Position numbers and translations under genes: made by a program. Shown here in pieces: positions 13,001 to 25,679 of a stretch of DNA of 64,000 nucleotides (position 1 is its first letter; each line of letters starts with the position of its first letter). The DNA comes from Squalus acanthias (Eukaryota): NCBI GenBank assembly GCA_030390025.1, contig JASTWF010000324.1, positions 186,001-250,000 on the forward strand, written 5' to 3'. Under the pieces are notes generated by a model that worked only from the letters and a program-made list of their open reading frames with translations, was not told the origin of the DNA and ran no database searches.

Positions 13001-16000
13001 AGTGAACCTGGAGTGTAGTGTGAACAGTGAACCTGAGTGTTAGTGTGAACAGTGAACCTGGAGTGCTGGTGTGAACAGTGAACCCTGGAGTGTTGTGTGA
13101 ACAGTGAACCCTGGAGTGTGAGTGTGAACAGTGAACCTGGAGTGTTAGTGTGAACAGTGAACCTGGACGCTGTTGGTGTGAACAGTGAACCTGGAGTGCT
13201 GGTGTGAACAGTGAACCTGGAGTGTTAGTGTGAACAGTGAACCCTGGAGCGCTGGTGTGAACAGTGAACCTGGAGTGTTAGTGTGAATAGTGAACCTAGA
13301 GTGTTAGTGTGAACAGTGACCTGGAGTGTTGTGTGAACAGTGAACCTGGAGTGCTGGTGTGAACAGTGAACCTGGAGTGCTGGTGTGAACAGTGAACCTG
13401 GAGCTGCTGGTGTGAACAGTGAACCTGGAGCGCTGGTGTGAACAGTGAACCTGGAGCGCTGGTGTGAACAGTGAACCTGGAGTGTTAGTGTGAACAGTGA
13501 ACCTTGGAGTATTAGTGTGAACAGTGAACCCTGGAGCGCTGGTGTGAACAGTGAACCTGGAGCACTGGTGTGAACAGTGAACCTGGAGTGTTAGTGTGAA
13601 CAGTGAACCTGGAGTGTTAGTGTGAACAGTGAACCTTGGAGTGTTAGTGTGAACAGTGAACCTGGAGTGTTGGTGTGAACAGTGAACCTGGAGTGTTGGT
13701 GTGAACAGTGAACCTGGAGTGTTGGTGTGAACAGTGAACCTGGAGTGCTGGTGTGAACAGTGAACCTGGAGTGTTGGTGTGAACAGTGAACCTGGAGTGT
13801 TGGTGTGAACAGTGAACCTGGAGTGTTGGTGTGAACAGTGAACCTGGAGTGTTGGTGTGAACAGTGAACCTGGAGCGCTGGTGTGAACAGTGAACCTGGA
13901 GCGCTGGTGTGAACAGTGAACCTGGAGTGTTGGTGTGAACAGTGAACCTGGAGTGTTAGTGTGAACAGTGAACCTGGAGCGCTGGTGTGAACAGTGAACC
14001 TGGAGCGCTGGTGTGAACAGTGAACCTGGAGCGCTGGTGTGAACAGTGAACCTGGAGCGCTGGTGTGAACAGTGAACCCTGGAGCGCTGGTGTGAACAGT
14101 GAACCCTGGAGTGCTGGTGTGAACAGTGAACCTGGAGCGCTGGTGTGAACAGTGAACCTGGAGCGCTGGTGTGAACAGTGAAGCTGGAGTGTGAGTGTGA
14201 ACAGTGAACCTGGAGTGTTAGTGTGAACAGTGAACCTGGAGTGCTGGTGTGAACAGTGAACCTAGAGTGTTAGTGTGAACAGTGAACCTGGAGTGTGAGT
14301 GTGAACAGTGAACCTGGAGTGTTGGTGTGAACAGTGAACCTGTAGTGCTGGTGTGAACAGTGAATCTGGAGCGCTGGTGTGAACAGTGAACCTGGAGCGC
14401 TGGTGTGAACAGTGAACCCTGGAGCGCTGGTGTGAACAGTGAACCTGGAGTGTTAGTGTGAACAGTGAACCTGGAGTGTTAGTGTGAACAGTGAACCTGG
14501 AGTGTTGGTGTGAACAGTGAACCTGGAGTGTTGGTGTGAACAGTGAACCTGGAGTGTTAGTGTGAACAGTGAACCTGGAGCACTGGTGTGAACAGTGAAC
14601 CTGGAGCGCTGGTGTGAACATTGAACCTGGAGCGCTGGTGTGAATAGTGAACCCTGGAGCGCTGGTGTGAACAGTGAACCTGGAGTGCTGGTGTGAACAG
14701 TGAACCTGGAGCGCTGGTGTGATCAGTGAACCTGGAGCGCTGGTGTGAACAGTGAACCTGGAGCGCTGGTGTGAACAGTGAACCTGGAGCGCTGGTGTGA
14801 ACAGTGAACCTGGAGTGTTAGTGTGAACAGTGAACCTGGAGTGTTAGTGTGAACAGTGAACCTGGAGTGTTAGTGTGAACAGTGAACCTGGAGCGCTGGT
14901 GTGAACAGTGAAACTGGAGCGCTGGTGTGAACAGTGAACCTGGAGTGTTAGTGTGAACAGTGAACCTGGAGTGTTGGTGTGAACAGTGAACCTGGAGTGT
15001 TAGTGTGAACAGTGAACCTGGAGTGTTGGTGTGAACAGTGAACCTGGAGTGTTGGTGTGAACAGTGAACCTGGAGTGTTGGTGTGAACAGTGAACCTGGA
15101 GTGCTGGTGTGAACAGTGAACCTGGAGTGTTGGTGTGAACAGTGAACCTGGAGTGTTGGTGTGAACAGTGAACCTGGAGTGCTGGTGTGAACAGTGAACC
15201 TGGAGTGCTGGTGTGAACAGTGAACCCTGGAGTGCTGGTGTGAACAGTGAACCTGGAGTGTGTGAACAGTGAACCTGGTGTGAACAGTGAACCTGGAGTG
15301 TTGGTGTGAACAGTGAACCTGGAGTGTTGGTGTGAACAGTGAACCTGGAGTGTTAGTGTGAACAGTGAACCTGGAGCGCTGGTGTGAACAGTGAACCTGG
15401 AGTGTTAGTGTGAACAGTGAACCTGGAGTGTTGGTGTGAACAGTGAACCTGGAGTGTTAGTGTGAACAGTGAACCTGGAGTGCTGGTGTGAACAGTGAAC
15501 CTGGAGCACTGGTGTGAACAGTGAACCTGGAGTGTTAGTGTGAACAGTGAACCTGGAGCGCTGGTGTGAACAGTGAACCTGGAGTGTTAGTGTGAACAGT
15601 GAACCCTGGAGTGTTGGTGTGAACAGTGAACCCTGGAGTGTTGGTGTGAACAGTGAACCTGGAGTGTTGGTGTGAACAGTGAACCTGGAGTGTTAGTGTG
15701 AACAGTGAACCCTGGAGTGTTGGTGTGAACAGTGAACCTGGAGTGCAGGTGTGAACAGTGAACCCTGGAGTGTTGGTGTGAACAGTGAACCTGGAGTGTT
15801 AGTGTGAACAGTGAACCTGGAGTGTTGGTGTGAACAGTGAACCTGGAGTGTTGGTGTGAACAGTGAACCTGGAGTGCTGGTGTGAACAGTGAACCTGGAG
15901 TGTTGGTGTGAACAGTGAACCTGGAGTGTTGGTGTGAACAGTGAACCTGGAGTGTTGGTGTGAACAGTGAACCTGGAGTGTTGGTGTGAACAGTGAACCC

Positions 16001-16795
16001 TGGAGTGCTGGTGTGAACAGTGAACCTGGAGTGTTAGTGTGAACAGTGAACCTGGAGTGTGAACAGTGAACCTGGAGTGCTGGTGTGAACAGTGAACCCT
16101 GGAGTGCTGGTGTGAACAGTGAACCTGGAGCGCTGGTGTGAACAGTGAACCTGGAGCGCTGGTGTGAACAGTGAACCTGGAGCGCTGGTGTGAACAGTGA
16201 ACCTGGAGTGTTGGTGTGAACAGTGAACCTGGAGTGTTAGTGTGAACAGTGAACCTGGAGCGCTGGTGTGAACAGTGAACCTGGAGTGTTGGTGTGAACA
16301 GTGAACCTGGAGTGTTGGTGTGAACAGTGAACCTGGAGCGCTGGTGTGAACAGTGAACCTGGAGCGCTGGTGTGAACAGTGAACCTGGAGCGCTGGTGTG
16401 AACAGTGAACCTGGAGTGCTGGTGTGAACAGTGAACCTGGAGCGCTGGTGTGAACAGTGAACCTGGAGCGCTGGTGTGAACAGTGAACCTGGAGTGTTGG
16501 TGTGAACAGTGAACCTGGAGTGTTAGTGTGAACAGTGAACCTGGAGTGTTAGTGTGAACAGTGAACCTGGAGCGCTGGTGTGAACAGTGAACCTGGAGCG
16601 CTGGTGTGAACAGTGAACCTGGAGTGTTAGTGTGAACAGTGAACCTGGAGCGCTGGTGTGAACAGTGAACCTGGAGTGTTAGTGTGAACAGTGAACCTGG
16701 AGCGCTGGTGTGAACAGTGAACCTGGAGTGCTGGTGTGAACAGTGAACCTGGAGTGCTGGTGTGAACAGTGAACCTGGAGTGCTGGTGTGAACAG
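10041..16795. repeat. 26-bp satellite (AACAGTGAACCTGGAGYGYTRGTGTG), about 260 copies, running into an assembly gap
   Basis: Unit period 26 (e.g. 10087 to 10113); variants gcgctg/gtgttg/gtgtta. Confidence 0.97.
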
Positions 16796-17295
16796 NNNNN
16801 NNNNNNNNNNNNNNNNNNNNNNNNNNNNNNNNNNNNNNNNNNNNNNNNNNNNNNNNNNNNNNNNNNNNNNNNNNNNNNNNNNNNNNNNNNNNNNNNNNNN
16901 NNNNNNNNNNNNNNNNNNNNNNNNNNNNNNNNNNNNNNNNNNNNNNNNNNNNNNNNNNNNNNNNNNNNNNNNNNNNNNNNNNNNNNNNNNNNNNNNNNNN
17001 NNNNNNNNNNNNNNNNNNNNNNNNNNNNNNNNNNNNNNNNNNNNNNNNNNNNNNNNNNNNNNNNNNNNNNNNNNNNNNNNNNNNNNNNNNNNNNNNNNNN
17101 NNNNNNNNNNNNNNNNNNNNNNNNNNNNNNNNNNNNNNNNNNNNNNNNNNNNNNNNNNNNNNNNNNNNNNNNNNNNNNNNNNNNNNNNNNNNNNNNNNNN
17201 NNNNNNNNNNNNNNNNNNNNNNNNNNNNNNNNNNNNNNNNNNNNNNNNNNNNNNNNNNNNNNNNNNNNNNNNNNNNNNNNNNNNNNNNNNNNNNN
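16796..17295. other. Scaffold gap (500 N)
   Basis: Run of N; the round length suggests a placeholder size. Confidence 0.99.
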
Positions 17296-17412
17296 CCTCC
17301 GATCCCCCCTCTCCCCCCTCTCCCTCCGATCCCCCCTCTCCCTCCGATCCCCCTCTCCCTCCGATCCCCCCTCTCCCTCCGATCCCTCCTCTCTCTCTCG
17401 ATTGCCCCTCTC
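17296..17412. repeat. Short pyrimidine-rich tandem repeat (CTCCGATCCCCCCTCTCC-like, ~18-19 bp) abutting the gap
   Basis: About 5 copies of ctccgatcccc(c)tctcc. Confidence 0.8.
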
Positions 17413-17725
17413 TCCCTGTCACTCCCCTTCCTTTAAGGACTAACCTGAGGGCGGCTGCTGATGTCCCAGCGGCCCGATGTTGGAGTGCACTGGTCCGGTG
17501 AGCCACTTGCCAACGTCCATTAGGTGTCCACATGTCGCCGATTCAATGATAATGATTTCCTGAGGCCCAATATTAACTGTGTCTGGGGCTCATCAATTCA
17601 GCTGCGGGGATTTCTCCCGGCCCCTCCAGTGCATGCCTGTTTATATCCAGTCAGCCCATTCCTAATAGGTGCCTGAGGAACATAGTGCGTTTAACCTGGC
17701 CTAGCCCGGTAAGGTGGAGCTGTGT

Positions 17726-18183
17726 CAGCCGTGGCTCAGTGGGCAGCACTCTCACTTCTGAGTCAGGAGGTCGTGGGTTCAAGTCCCACTCCAGAGACTT
17801 GAGCACAAAAATCCAGGCCGACACTCCAGTGCAGTGCTGAGGGAGTGCTGCACTGTCAGAGGTGCCGTCTTTCGGATGAGATGTTAAACCGAGGGCCCGT
17901 CTGCCCCCTCAGGTGGATGTAAAAGATCCCATGGCACTATTTTGAAGAAGAGCAGGGGAGTTCTCCCGGTGTCCTGGGGCCAATATTTATCCCTCAATTA
18001 ACATCACTAAAACAGATTATCTGGTCTTTATCACGTTGCTGTGTGTGGGAGCTTGCTGTGCACAATTGGCTGCTGTGTTTCCTACATTACAACAGTGACT
18101 ACACTTCAAAAAGTGCTTCATTGGCTGTAAAGTGCATTGGGACATTGTGAAAGGCGCTGTAGAAATGCAAGTCTTTCTTTCTT
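17726..18183 (+). mobile_element. Full-length tRNA-headed Deu-domain SINE (SacSINE1-like)
   Basis: A box gtggctcagtgg, B box ggttcaagtcc, Deu core (ggtgccgtctttcggatgag...taaaagatcccatggcact), (cttt)n tail; 16-bp TSD TAAGGTGGAGCTGTGT at 17710-17725 and 18184-18199. Confidence 0.9.
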
Positions 18184-18558
18184 TAAGGTGGAGCTGTGTT
18201 TAATCTGACCTGTTCTTCAAAAAGTACAAAATCTAAACTGCTGTAAATAGGCACATTCTGAGCTCAGTTGGGGGCCAGTTGCTGTTGCTGAGGGAAGTTT
18301 GCGTGTGGGTTAGCGGCTGCTTGTAAATCCCTGACTCCTGCCCCCGTGGAGAGACTGGGTTATCCAGGGTTAGAAAAAACCAGCAGGAAATGACTGGGCT
18401 GTTTTTAAAAAAATGCTACTTGTAGGTTCCCTTTCGGTGCAGATGTGATTTGCAGCTGTTTTAAAAATATGTTCCCTGAGTCAATCAAGTGGAAGTGTGA
18501 CACTTTGTACGCGTGACACTTTTGAGTCTGACACGAGCCCTGGGTGCAAGACTTTTAC

Positions 18559-18600
18559 CTCATCCTTGTCTTCAAATCCCTCCATGACCTCACCCCCTCC
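18559..18600 (+). mobile_element. L2 LINE fragment, left part (host of the Gypsy insertion)
   Basis: Encodes LILVFKSLHDLTP, continuing as PYLCNLLQPYNPPRSLRSS after 29891. Confidence 0.75.
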
Positions 18601-18719
18601 TGTGGTATCTTGAGACACGCATATATATGCAACAGTAAAACATGGCTTCCAGTAAGAACTGTACTGCATATGACTTTATTATTATATGCATCAGTAGTCC
18701 ACTAGGTGGCTCTATTACA
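18601..18719 (-). repeat. 3' LTR of the Gypsy element (119 bp)
   Basis: About 14 substitutions plus 1 indel versus 29772-29891 by manual alignment. Confidence 0.92.
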
Positions 18720-18732
18720 CTTCTCCTTCCTT
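18720..18732 (-). promoter_or_regulatory. Polypurine tract
   Basis: AAGGAAGGAGAAG on minus, immediately before the 3' LTR. Confidence 0.85.
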
Positions 18733-19292
18733 ATTGAAGAAGTTAATCATAGCAAATAATCATTTTCCATGACTTGTACATAGTATACACAACTCCTGGT
18801 ATACATTTCTCAACTGGAACCCATTTTATGTTTCCAAATTCTACTATAGAATTCTGTAACACAAACAAAAGATATGAACTTATTTTCCATATTTACAGAT
18901 TAACCATAACCACTGGTTTTCTGTTTCGAAGAGGATACCTTCTTTCTTAAACAGATCTTTCAGATCTTGTTGTAGGACTTTGACTCATTCTAGGCTGATC
19001 CTGCGGAGAATTTTTCTCCAAAGGCTGACCCTGATCTACACTTTCAGACTGTTTGGGCGGATTTTGCCAGTGTGGGCGGGCTGGGGCGTGTCAGGTGGAA
19101 ATTGTGTCAGGACCCCGACTCCTAAGTGAAGTGTTGAAAAAGTGGGATTTTCCCCTAATTGGGCAATTGATTTCCAGCATGTGGGAACCCCTGGCCCAAT
19201 GAGTCTTTTCATACAGAAAGTCGCCTCCGATAACGTCATCAATGCTGTTGGATTTAAGACCTGCAAGCAGCCTTGCTTCCTCTGGAGACTGG

Positions 19293-19692
19293 AAACACGG
19301 TGGCATAGTGGTTAGCACTGGTGTCTCACAGCGCCAGGGGACCCGGGTTCGAATCTGACCTCGGGTGACTGTCTGTGTGGAGTTTGCACATTCTCCCCGT
19401 GTCTGCGTGGGTTTCCTCCCACAGTCCAAAAATGTGCGGGTTAGGTTGATTTGGCTATGATAAATTGACCCTTAGTGTTAGGGGGGTATTAAATATATGG
19501 GGATAGGATGGGATATGTTAGGGGGAATTAAATACGTGGGGTTACGGGGGTAGGGTGGGATATGTGTACTGTGGGGATTAAAGCAGGGACAGGGTACTGG
19601 ATTTGGATGATCAGCCATGATCGTATTGAATGGTGGAGCAGGCTCGACGGGCCGAATGGCCTACTCCTGCTCCTAGATTCTATGTTTCTATG
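19293..19692 (+). mobile_element. HE1-like V-SINE with a CR1-derived 3' tail
   Basis: tRNA head (tggcatagtggttagcact, ggttcgaatc), V-domain gtgtggagtttgcacattctccccgtgtctgcgtgggtttcctcc, CR1 tail ending (ttctatg)n. Confidence 0.88.
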
Positions 19693-19722
19693 AAATTGTA
19701 TGAAGGTGTTGATTTCCCGACA

Positions 19723-19962
19723 ATGTCCACGATCAAGCAAAAGTGTGCACCTCAGTTTGATGAGCCCTCCCTCCAAGCTCTGGTGCACGGAGCCAGCTGT
19801 AATAAGGAGGTGCTGTTCCCTTCCTCAGGGAGAAAAAAGCCACCACAACAGACTAAAGCTGTGTGGCTGCAAGCGGCCAAGGAGGTGAACTCCATTTCGC
19901 TGAGCCGCAGAACCTGGCTGCAATTCAGGAAGAGGTTTCATGACCTTCTCCGCACAGGAAAA
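19723..19962 (+). pseudogene. Harbinger Myb/SANT-like protein, exon 1 (80-aa trihelix domain)
   Basis: MSTIKQKCAPQF...KEVLFP...KAVWLQAAKEVNS...RTWLQFRKRFHDL, a NAIF1/Myb_DNA-bind_5-like pattern, followed by donor GTGAGT at 19963. Confidence 0.82.
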
Positions 19963-20131
19963 GTGAGTATGACTTTCTCATCCCCATCGCCTCTCCTCAC
20001 CAGCACTCTGCTTTGCCAACCTCTTCCTCCACATCCCACTTGCCACTTACATCCCTGCACCCTTACCCATTCCCTCTCTCTCTATGGTCAAATTCACTTA
20101 ACTATTCGACCATGCAGCCCTCACACTCCCA

Positions 20132-22521
20132 ATAGAAACATAGAAGATAGGAGCAGGAGTAGGCCATTTGGCCCCTCGAGCCTGTTCCGCCATTTAATGA
20201 GATCATGGCTGATCATCCAAACTCAGTACCCTGTCCCTGCTTTCTCCCCATATCCCTTTAGACTTAAGAAATATATCTAACTCCTTCTTGAATATATTTA
20301 ATGAATTGGCCTCAACTGCCTTCTGTGGTAGAGAATTCCGCAGGTTCACCACTCTCTGGGTGAAGAGATTCCTCCTCATCTCAGTCCTAAATGGCTTACC
20401 CCTTATCCTTAGACTGTGATCCCTGGTTCTGGACTCACCCGCCATCAGGAACATCCTTCCTGTGTCTAGTCCTGTTAGAATTTTATAAGTTTCAATGAGA
20501 TCCCCTCTCATTCTTCTAGACTCTAGCGAATATAAGCCTAATCGACCCAATCTCTCTTCATACGTCATTCCTGCCATCCCATCAGTCTGGTGAATCTTCG
20601 CTGCACTCCCTCCATGGCAAGAACATCCTTCCTCAGATAAGGCGACCAAAACTGCACACAATACTCAAGGTGTGGTCTCACCAAGGCCCTGTACAACTGC
20701 AGCAAGACATCCTTGCTCCTGTACTCGAATCCTCTCGCTATGAAGGCCAACATACCATTTGCCTTCTTAACCACCTGCTGCACCTGCATGCTTACCTTCA
20801 GCGACTGGTGCACAAGGACACCCAGGTCTCGTTGCACTTCCCCTTTTCCCAATCTATTGCCGTTCAGATAATAATCTGTCTTCCTGTTTTTGCCACCAAA
20901 GTGGATAACCTCGCATTTATCCACATTATACTACATCTGCCATGCATCTGCCCAATCACCCAACCTGTCCAAATCATACTGGAGTTTCTCTGCATCCTCC
21001 TCACAGCACACACGCCGACCCAGCTTTGTGTCGTCTGAAAACTTGGAGATATTACATCTAGTTCCCTCGTCTAGATCATTAATATATATTGTGAATAGCT
21101 GGGGTCCTAGCACCGATCCCTGCTGTACCCCACTAGTCACTGCCTGCCACTCGGAAAAAGACCCGTTTATTCCAACTCTTTGCTTCCTGTCTGCCAACCA
21201 GTTCTCTATCCAAGTCAATACCTTACCCCCAATCCCATGTGCTTTAACTTTGCATGTTAATCTCTTATGTGGGACCTTATCGAAAGCCTTATGAAAGTCC
21301 AAATATACCACATCCACTGGTTCTCCCTTATCTATTCTAACAGTTACATCCTCAAAATATTCAAATGGATTAGTCAAGCATGATTTACCTTTTGTAAATC
21401 CATGTTGACTTTGTCCGATCCTGTCACTGATTTCCAAGTGCTCTGCTATTACATCTTTTATAATAGACTCTAGCATTTTCCCCACAACCGCTGTCAGGCT
21501 TACCAGTCTATAATTCTCCGTTTTCTCTCTACCACCTTTTTAAATAGTGGGGTTACATTAGCTACCCTCCAATCCATGGGAACTGTTCCATAGTCTATAG
21601 AATTTTGGAAGATGACCAGCAATGCATCTACTATTTCTAAGGCCACTTCCTTAAGTACCCTAAGATGTAGATTATCAAGCCCTGGGGATTTATCGGCCTT
21701 CAATCCCGTCAATTTCCCTAACACCATTTCCCTACAAATACTGATTTCATTCAGTTCCTCCCTCTCATTAGACCCTATGTTCCCCGACATCTCTGGGAGG
21801 TTATTTTTGTCCTCCTTTGTGAAGACAGAACCAAAGTATGTATTTAATTGGTCTGCCATTTCTTTGTTCCCCATTATAAATTCCCCTGATTCTGACTGCA
21901 AGGGACCTATGCTTGACTTCACCAATCTTTTTCTCTTCACATATCTATAGAAGCTTTTACAGTCAGTTTTTATGTTGCCTGCAAGCTTACTCTCATACTC
22001 TATTTTCCCCCTCTTAATTAATCCCTTTGTCCTCCTTTACTGAATCCCAAACTGCTCCCAATCTTCAGGTTTGCTGCTTTTTCTGGCCAATTTATATGTC
22101 CTCTCCTTGGATCTTATGCTATCCCTAATTTCCCTTGTTAGCCACAGTTGAGTCACTTTTTTTGTTTAATTTTTATGCCAAACAGGGATGAACAAATTCT
22201 GTAGTTCATCCATGCGATCTTTAAATGTTTGCCATTGCCTACCCACCGTCAACCCTTTAAGTAACATTCCCCAATCCATCCTAGCCAACTCGCGCCTCAT
22301 ACCATCGTAGTTTCCTTTATTTAAATTCAGGACCCTAGTCTCTGAGACAACTACTTCACTCTCCATCTTAATAAAGAATTCTATCATATTATGATCGCTC
22401 CTCCCCAAGGGGCCTCGCACAACAAGATTGTTAATTAATCCTTTCTCATTACATAATACCCAGTCTAAGATGGCCTGATCTCTAGTTGGTTCCTCGACAT
22501 ATTGGTCCAGGAAACTATCAC
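20132..22521 (-). mobile_element. CR1 LINE, 5'-truncated, in intron 1 of the Myb-like gene
   Basis: Minus ORFs 22166-22521, 21500-21940, 20931-21485 (YLDFHKAFD, FSDD), 20565-20924 and 20203-20661; 3' UTR at ~20132. Confidence 0.95.
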
Positions 22522-22654
22522 TGTAATGCAATGACAACAACAACTTATAACACACAGGGAGGGTCCTTTGTCTCCTTCTAAGCATCTATGCTATGGATTC
22601 TCTACACTCACTCCTTCATTCTCACTCAAACTCCACTTGTGTCCCTCATTGCAG

Positions 22655-22812
22655 GAAAAGAGAGCCCACAATAAGAGGGAAAGAGCCATGACAGGAGGAG
22701 GGCCACCCTCAGTAGCCCAGCTCACCCCTGGGAGGAGGAGGCCCTGGAAATCACTGGGATTGAGGACAATACCCAGGGGGGGATGGACAGACGGGCGCAT
22801 CACAGCAAGCTG
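22655..22812 (+). pseudogene. Harbinger Myb-like protein, exon 2 (frameshifted)
   Basis: Acceptor ccctcattgcag; EKRAHNKRERAMTGGGPP...LTP / EEEALEI motif typical downstream of Harbinger Myb domains; in phase with exon 1. Confidence 0.75.
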
Positions 22813-22968
22813 GTGACAGAATAGTTTGGCATCTCTCTCATTGACATTGCATGAGTCACTGATAATGAATCTGATGCTCTAACTGATTGACTTATGATCA
22901 TCTGCACTATTCAATGTTTATGTAACCTTGGCCTCACATCTCTAACTCTTTCCTTTACTCCCCCACAG

Positions 22969-25422
22969 GACCATCAAAAGCCCCTGTCCCCACTGTCCAG
23001 GAGGAACAGCCTGAGCTTCCAGACTCCTCAGAGGACATAACGTACAGGGTGGATAAAGGGGAACCAGTGGACGTAGTGTATTTAGACTTCCAGAAGGCAT
23101 TCGACAAGATGCCACATAAAAGATTATTGCTCAAGATAAAAAATCACTGGATTGGGGGTAATATTCTGGCATGGGTGGAGGATTGGTTATCTAACAGGAA
23201 GCAGAGAGTTAGGATAAATGGTTCATTCTCGGACTGGCAACCAGTAGCCAGTGGTGTTCCGCAGGGGTCGGTGCTGGGTCCCCAACTCTTTACAATCTAT
23301 AGTAACGATTTGGAGGAGGGGACCGAGTGTAACATATCAAAGTTTGCAGATGATACAAAGATGGGAGGGAAAGTAGAAAGTGAGGAGGACATAAAAAACC
23401 TACAAGGGGATATAGACAGGCTGGGTGAGTGGGCGGAGATTTGGCAGATGCAATACAATATTGGAAAATGTGAGGTTATGCACTTTGGCAGGAAAAATCA
23501 GAGAGCAAGTTATTATCTTAATGGCGAGAAACTGGAAAGTACTGCAGTACAAAGGGATCTGGGGGTCCTAGTGCAAGAAAATCAGAAAGTTAGTATGCAG
23601 GTGCAGCAGGTGATCAAGAAGGCCAATGGAATGTTGGCTTTTATTGCTAGGGGGATAGATTATAAAAACAGGGAGGTATTGCTGCAGTTATATAAGGTAT
23701 TGGTGAGACCGCACCTGGAATACTGCATACAGTTTTGGTGTCCATACTTAAGAAAAGACATACTTGCTCTCGAGGCAGTACAAAGAAGGTTCACTCGGTT
23801 AATCCCGGGGATGAGGGGGTGGACATACGAGGAGAGGTTGAGTAGATTGGGACTCTACTCATTGGAGTTCAGAAGAATGAGAGGCGATCTTATTGAAACA
23901 TATAAGATTGTGAAGGGGCTTGATCGGGTGGATGCGGTAAGGATGTTCCCAAGGATGGGTGAAACTAGAACTAGGGGGCATAATCTTAGAATAAGGGGCT
24001 GATCTTTCAAAACTGAGATGAGGAGAAACTTCTTCACTCAGAGGGTAGTAGGTCTGTGGAATTTGCTGCCCCAGGAAGCTGTGGAAGCTACATCATTAAA
24101 TAAATTTAAAACAGAAATAGATAGTTTCCTAGAGTTAAAGGGAATTAGGGGTTACGGTGAGCGGGCAGGAAATTGGACATGAGGCTGAGTTCGGATCGGT
24201 CAGGGCCCTGTGGGTGGCGGAGCGGGCCCAGGGGCTGAGTGGCTGGGTCCTGCTCCTACTTCTTGTGTTCTTTAGATTTGAGGTTAGGATCAGATCAGCC
24301 ATGATCTCATTGAATGGCGGAGCAGGCTCGAGGGGCCGATTGGCCTACTCCTGCTCCTATTTCTTATGTTCTTATTAGGAAGCTGCAACCTCTGAGGGCG
24401 CAGCGTCAGCAGCATTCAGCGCACCCAGCACCAGCGCAGACACTCACACCTCGGTGGGACATTTGCGAGATAGAGTAGTGTTGTCACCTGGTGTATCACA
24501 GCTCACAAGTTAGCATCAGCAGATGGTGGAGACAGGGACAGCAGTGGAGAGTCCTCGTCGGAGGGCGCAGGGCTCTGCCAGCTCGGCTCAGCTGCATGTC
24601 GACCCTGTGCCTCCGGGTTCATCCAGAAGGAGAGTGGTGCTGGAACTCCAGGAACAGGTGCAGGAGTCTCTGGCAGGTTTTGTCTCCAGGGTCGCTGCGA
24701 GTGTGGAGCGAATGGAGGAGTCCATCGCGAACAGGAACAGAGCCTTTGTGGAGGCATTGGCGCATGAACGCATCACCGCGGAAAGGATGGCAACCTCCGT
24801 GGAAAGGATGGCTACCTCCGTGGTAAGGATGGCTACCATAGAGGAGAGGATGGCTACGGTAGAGGAGAGGATGGCTACGTCCATGGAGGAGCTTAGTCGC
24901 CAGGGTATGGAAAACATGGTCATTGTTCAGACTAGAATGACATCTCTTGAGGAGCGATGGTCAGCTATTGAGCATACAAACCAGACCTTCATGGAAGTCC
25001 TCTGGAGTTGGACTTCCAGTGCAGAAACGGGTCCTCATGGCCCCCCTGAAGTGCAGCAAGGTGCTGTCCAGCCACTTGCTAGCTCTGAAGTGGGGCTGAC
25101 CCATGAGAGTGATGTTGGTGGCAGAGAACAAGGAAGTGGGGGCTCCTCTCCAAGCGCTCACACGACCATGCCACTGCAGAGCCCTCGGTCAGAGCCCCAC
25201 CAGAGTCCCCATCCAACTGAGATGGGCATCTCATCCCCTGCACAGCCACAGGAGCAGCAGACTGTTGGCGAGCCCGCACAGGTTCGCAACCCCAGAGGAC
25301 GGCCGCCAAAGGCGTCGAGAAAGGAGCAGCAAGAGCGTGAGCAAGGGGCCTCCGCATCTGCTGAAGCCACAGGGGAAGCACCACGTAGGAGCACGCGTAA
25401 GAGGAAGATAAAGCACAAGTAG
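22969..25422 (+). pseudogene. Harbinger Myb-like protein, exon 3 (split by a CR1; one in-frame TAG; includes the 299-aa ORF 24523-25422)
   Basis: Acceptor tttcctttactcccccacag; PSKAPVP...PDSSE [CR1] EAATSEG...STSADTHTSVG...MVETG...heptad repeats...basic end RRSTRKRKIKHK. Confidence 0.68.
23031..24375 (+). mobile_element. CR1 LINE, 5'-truncated, with a duplicated 3' UTR
   Basis: ORF 23049-24002 RT (YLDFQKAFD, FADD); two tandem 3'-UTR copies, 24181-24273 and 24274-24375. Confidence 0.95.
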
Positions 25423-25679
25423 TCACAAGGGTAGTCACTTGGGTGCTGTGATGCATTGTATTTGGACCAGCCATCCTTGTCATTGTATTATAAACAGATT
25501 TGATGGCAAACTGTTGAAGTTGTGGCCTGTGTCATTTCGCAAATGGGACTTTCACATTGAGGGCTTAGGGCGCCTTGCAATTGTCAGTATGGTGGTCAAA
25601 GTGATAGGAATCCGCAGGTTCTTGTCCATTGTGGATGCTCTGCTAAGAAGGTGCGAGACAAAATGTTTGATTGTGCAGG

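Noticed and set aside
10041..16795. CRISPR-like regular repeats (also the 30-, 33- and 67-mers)
   Set aside because: Head-to-tail units with no unique spacers, no cas genes, and a eukaryotic context.
10041..16795. GGTTCA-C-TGTTCA nuclear-receptor DR1-like motif in each 26-mer (minus strand)
   Set aside because: Short degenerate match explained by the internal GTGAAC duplication; no functional evidence.
16679..17533. ORFs spanning the N run
   Set aside because: Gap artefacts.
17726..17800. tRNA genes here and at ~19295-19365
   Set aside because: The A/B boxes are SINE heads continuous with SINE bodies; no complete cloverleaf is evident.
19630..20280. 216-aa ORF as a functional domesticated NAIF1/MSANTD gene
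   Set aside because: A chimera of SINE tail, Myb exon, intron and CR1 tail; it lies within TIRs and downstream exons have frameshifts, a stop and a CR1 insertion.
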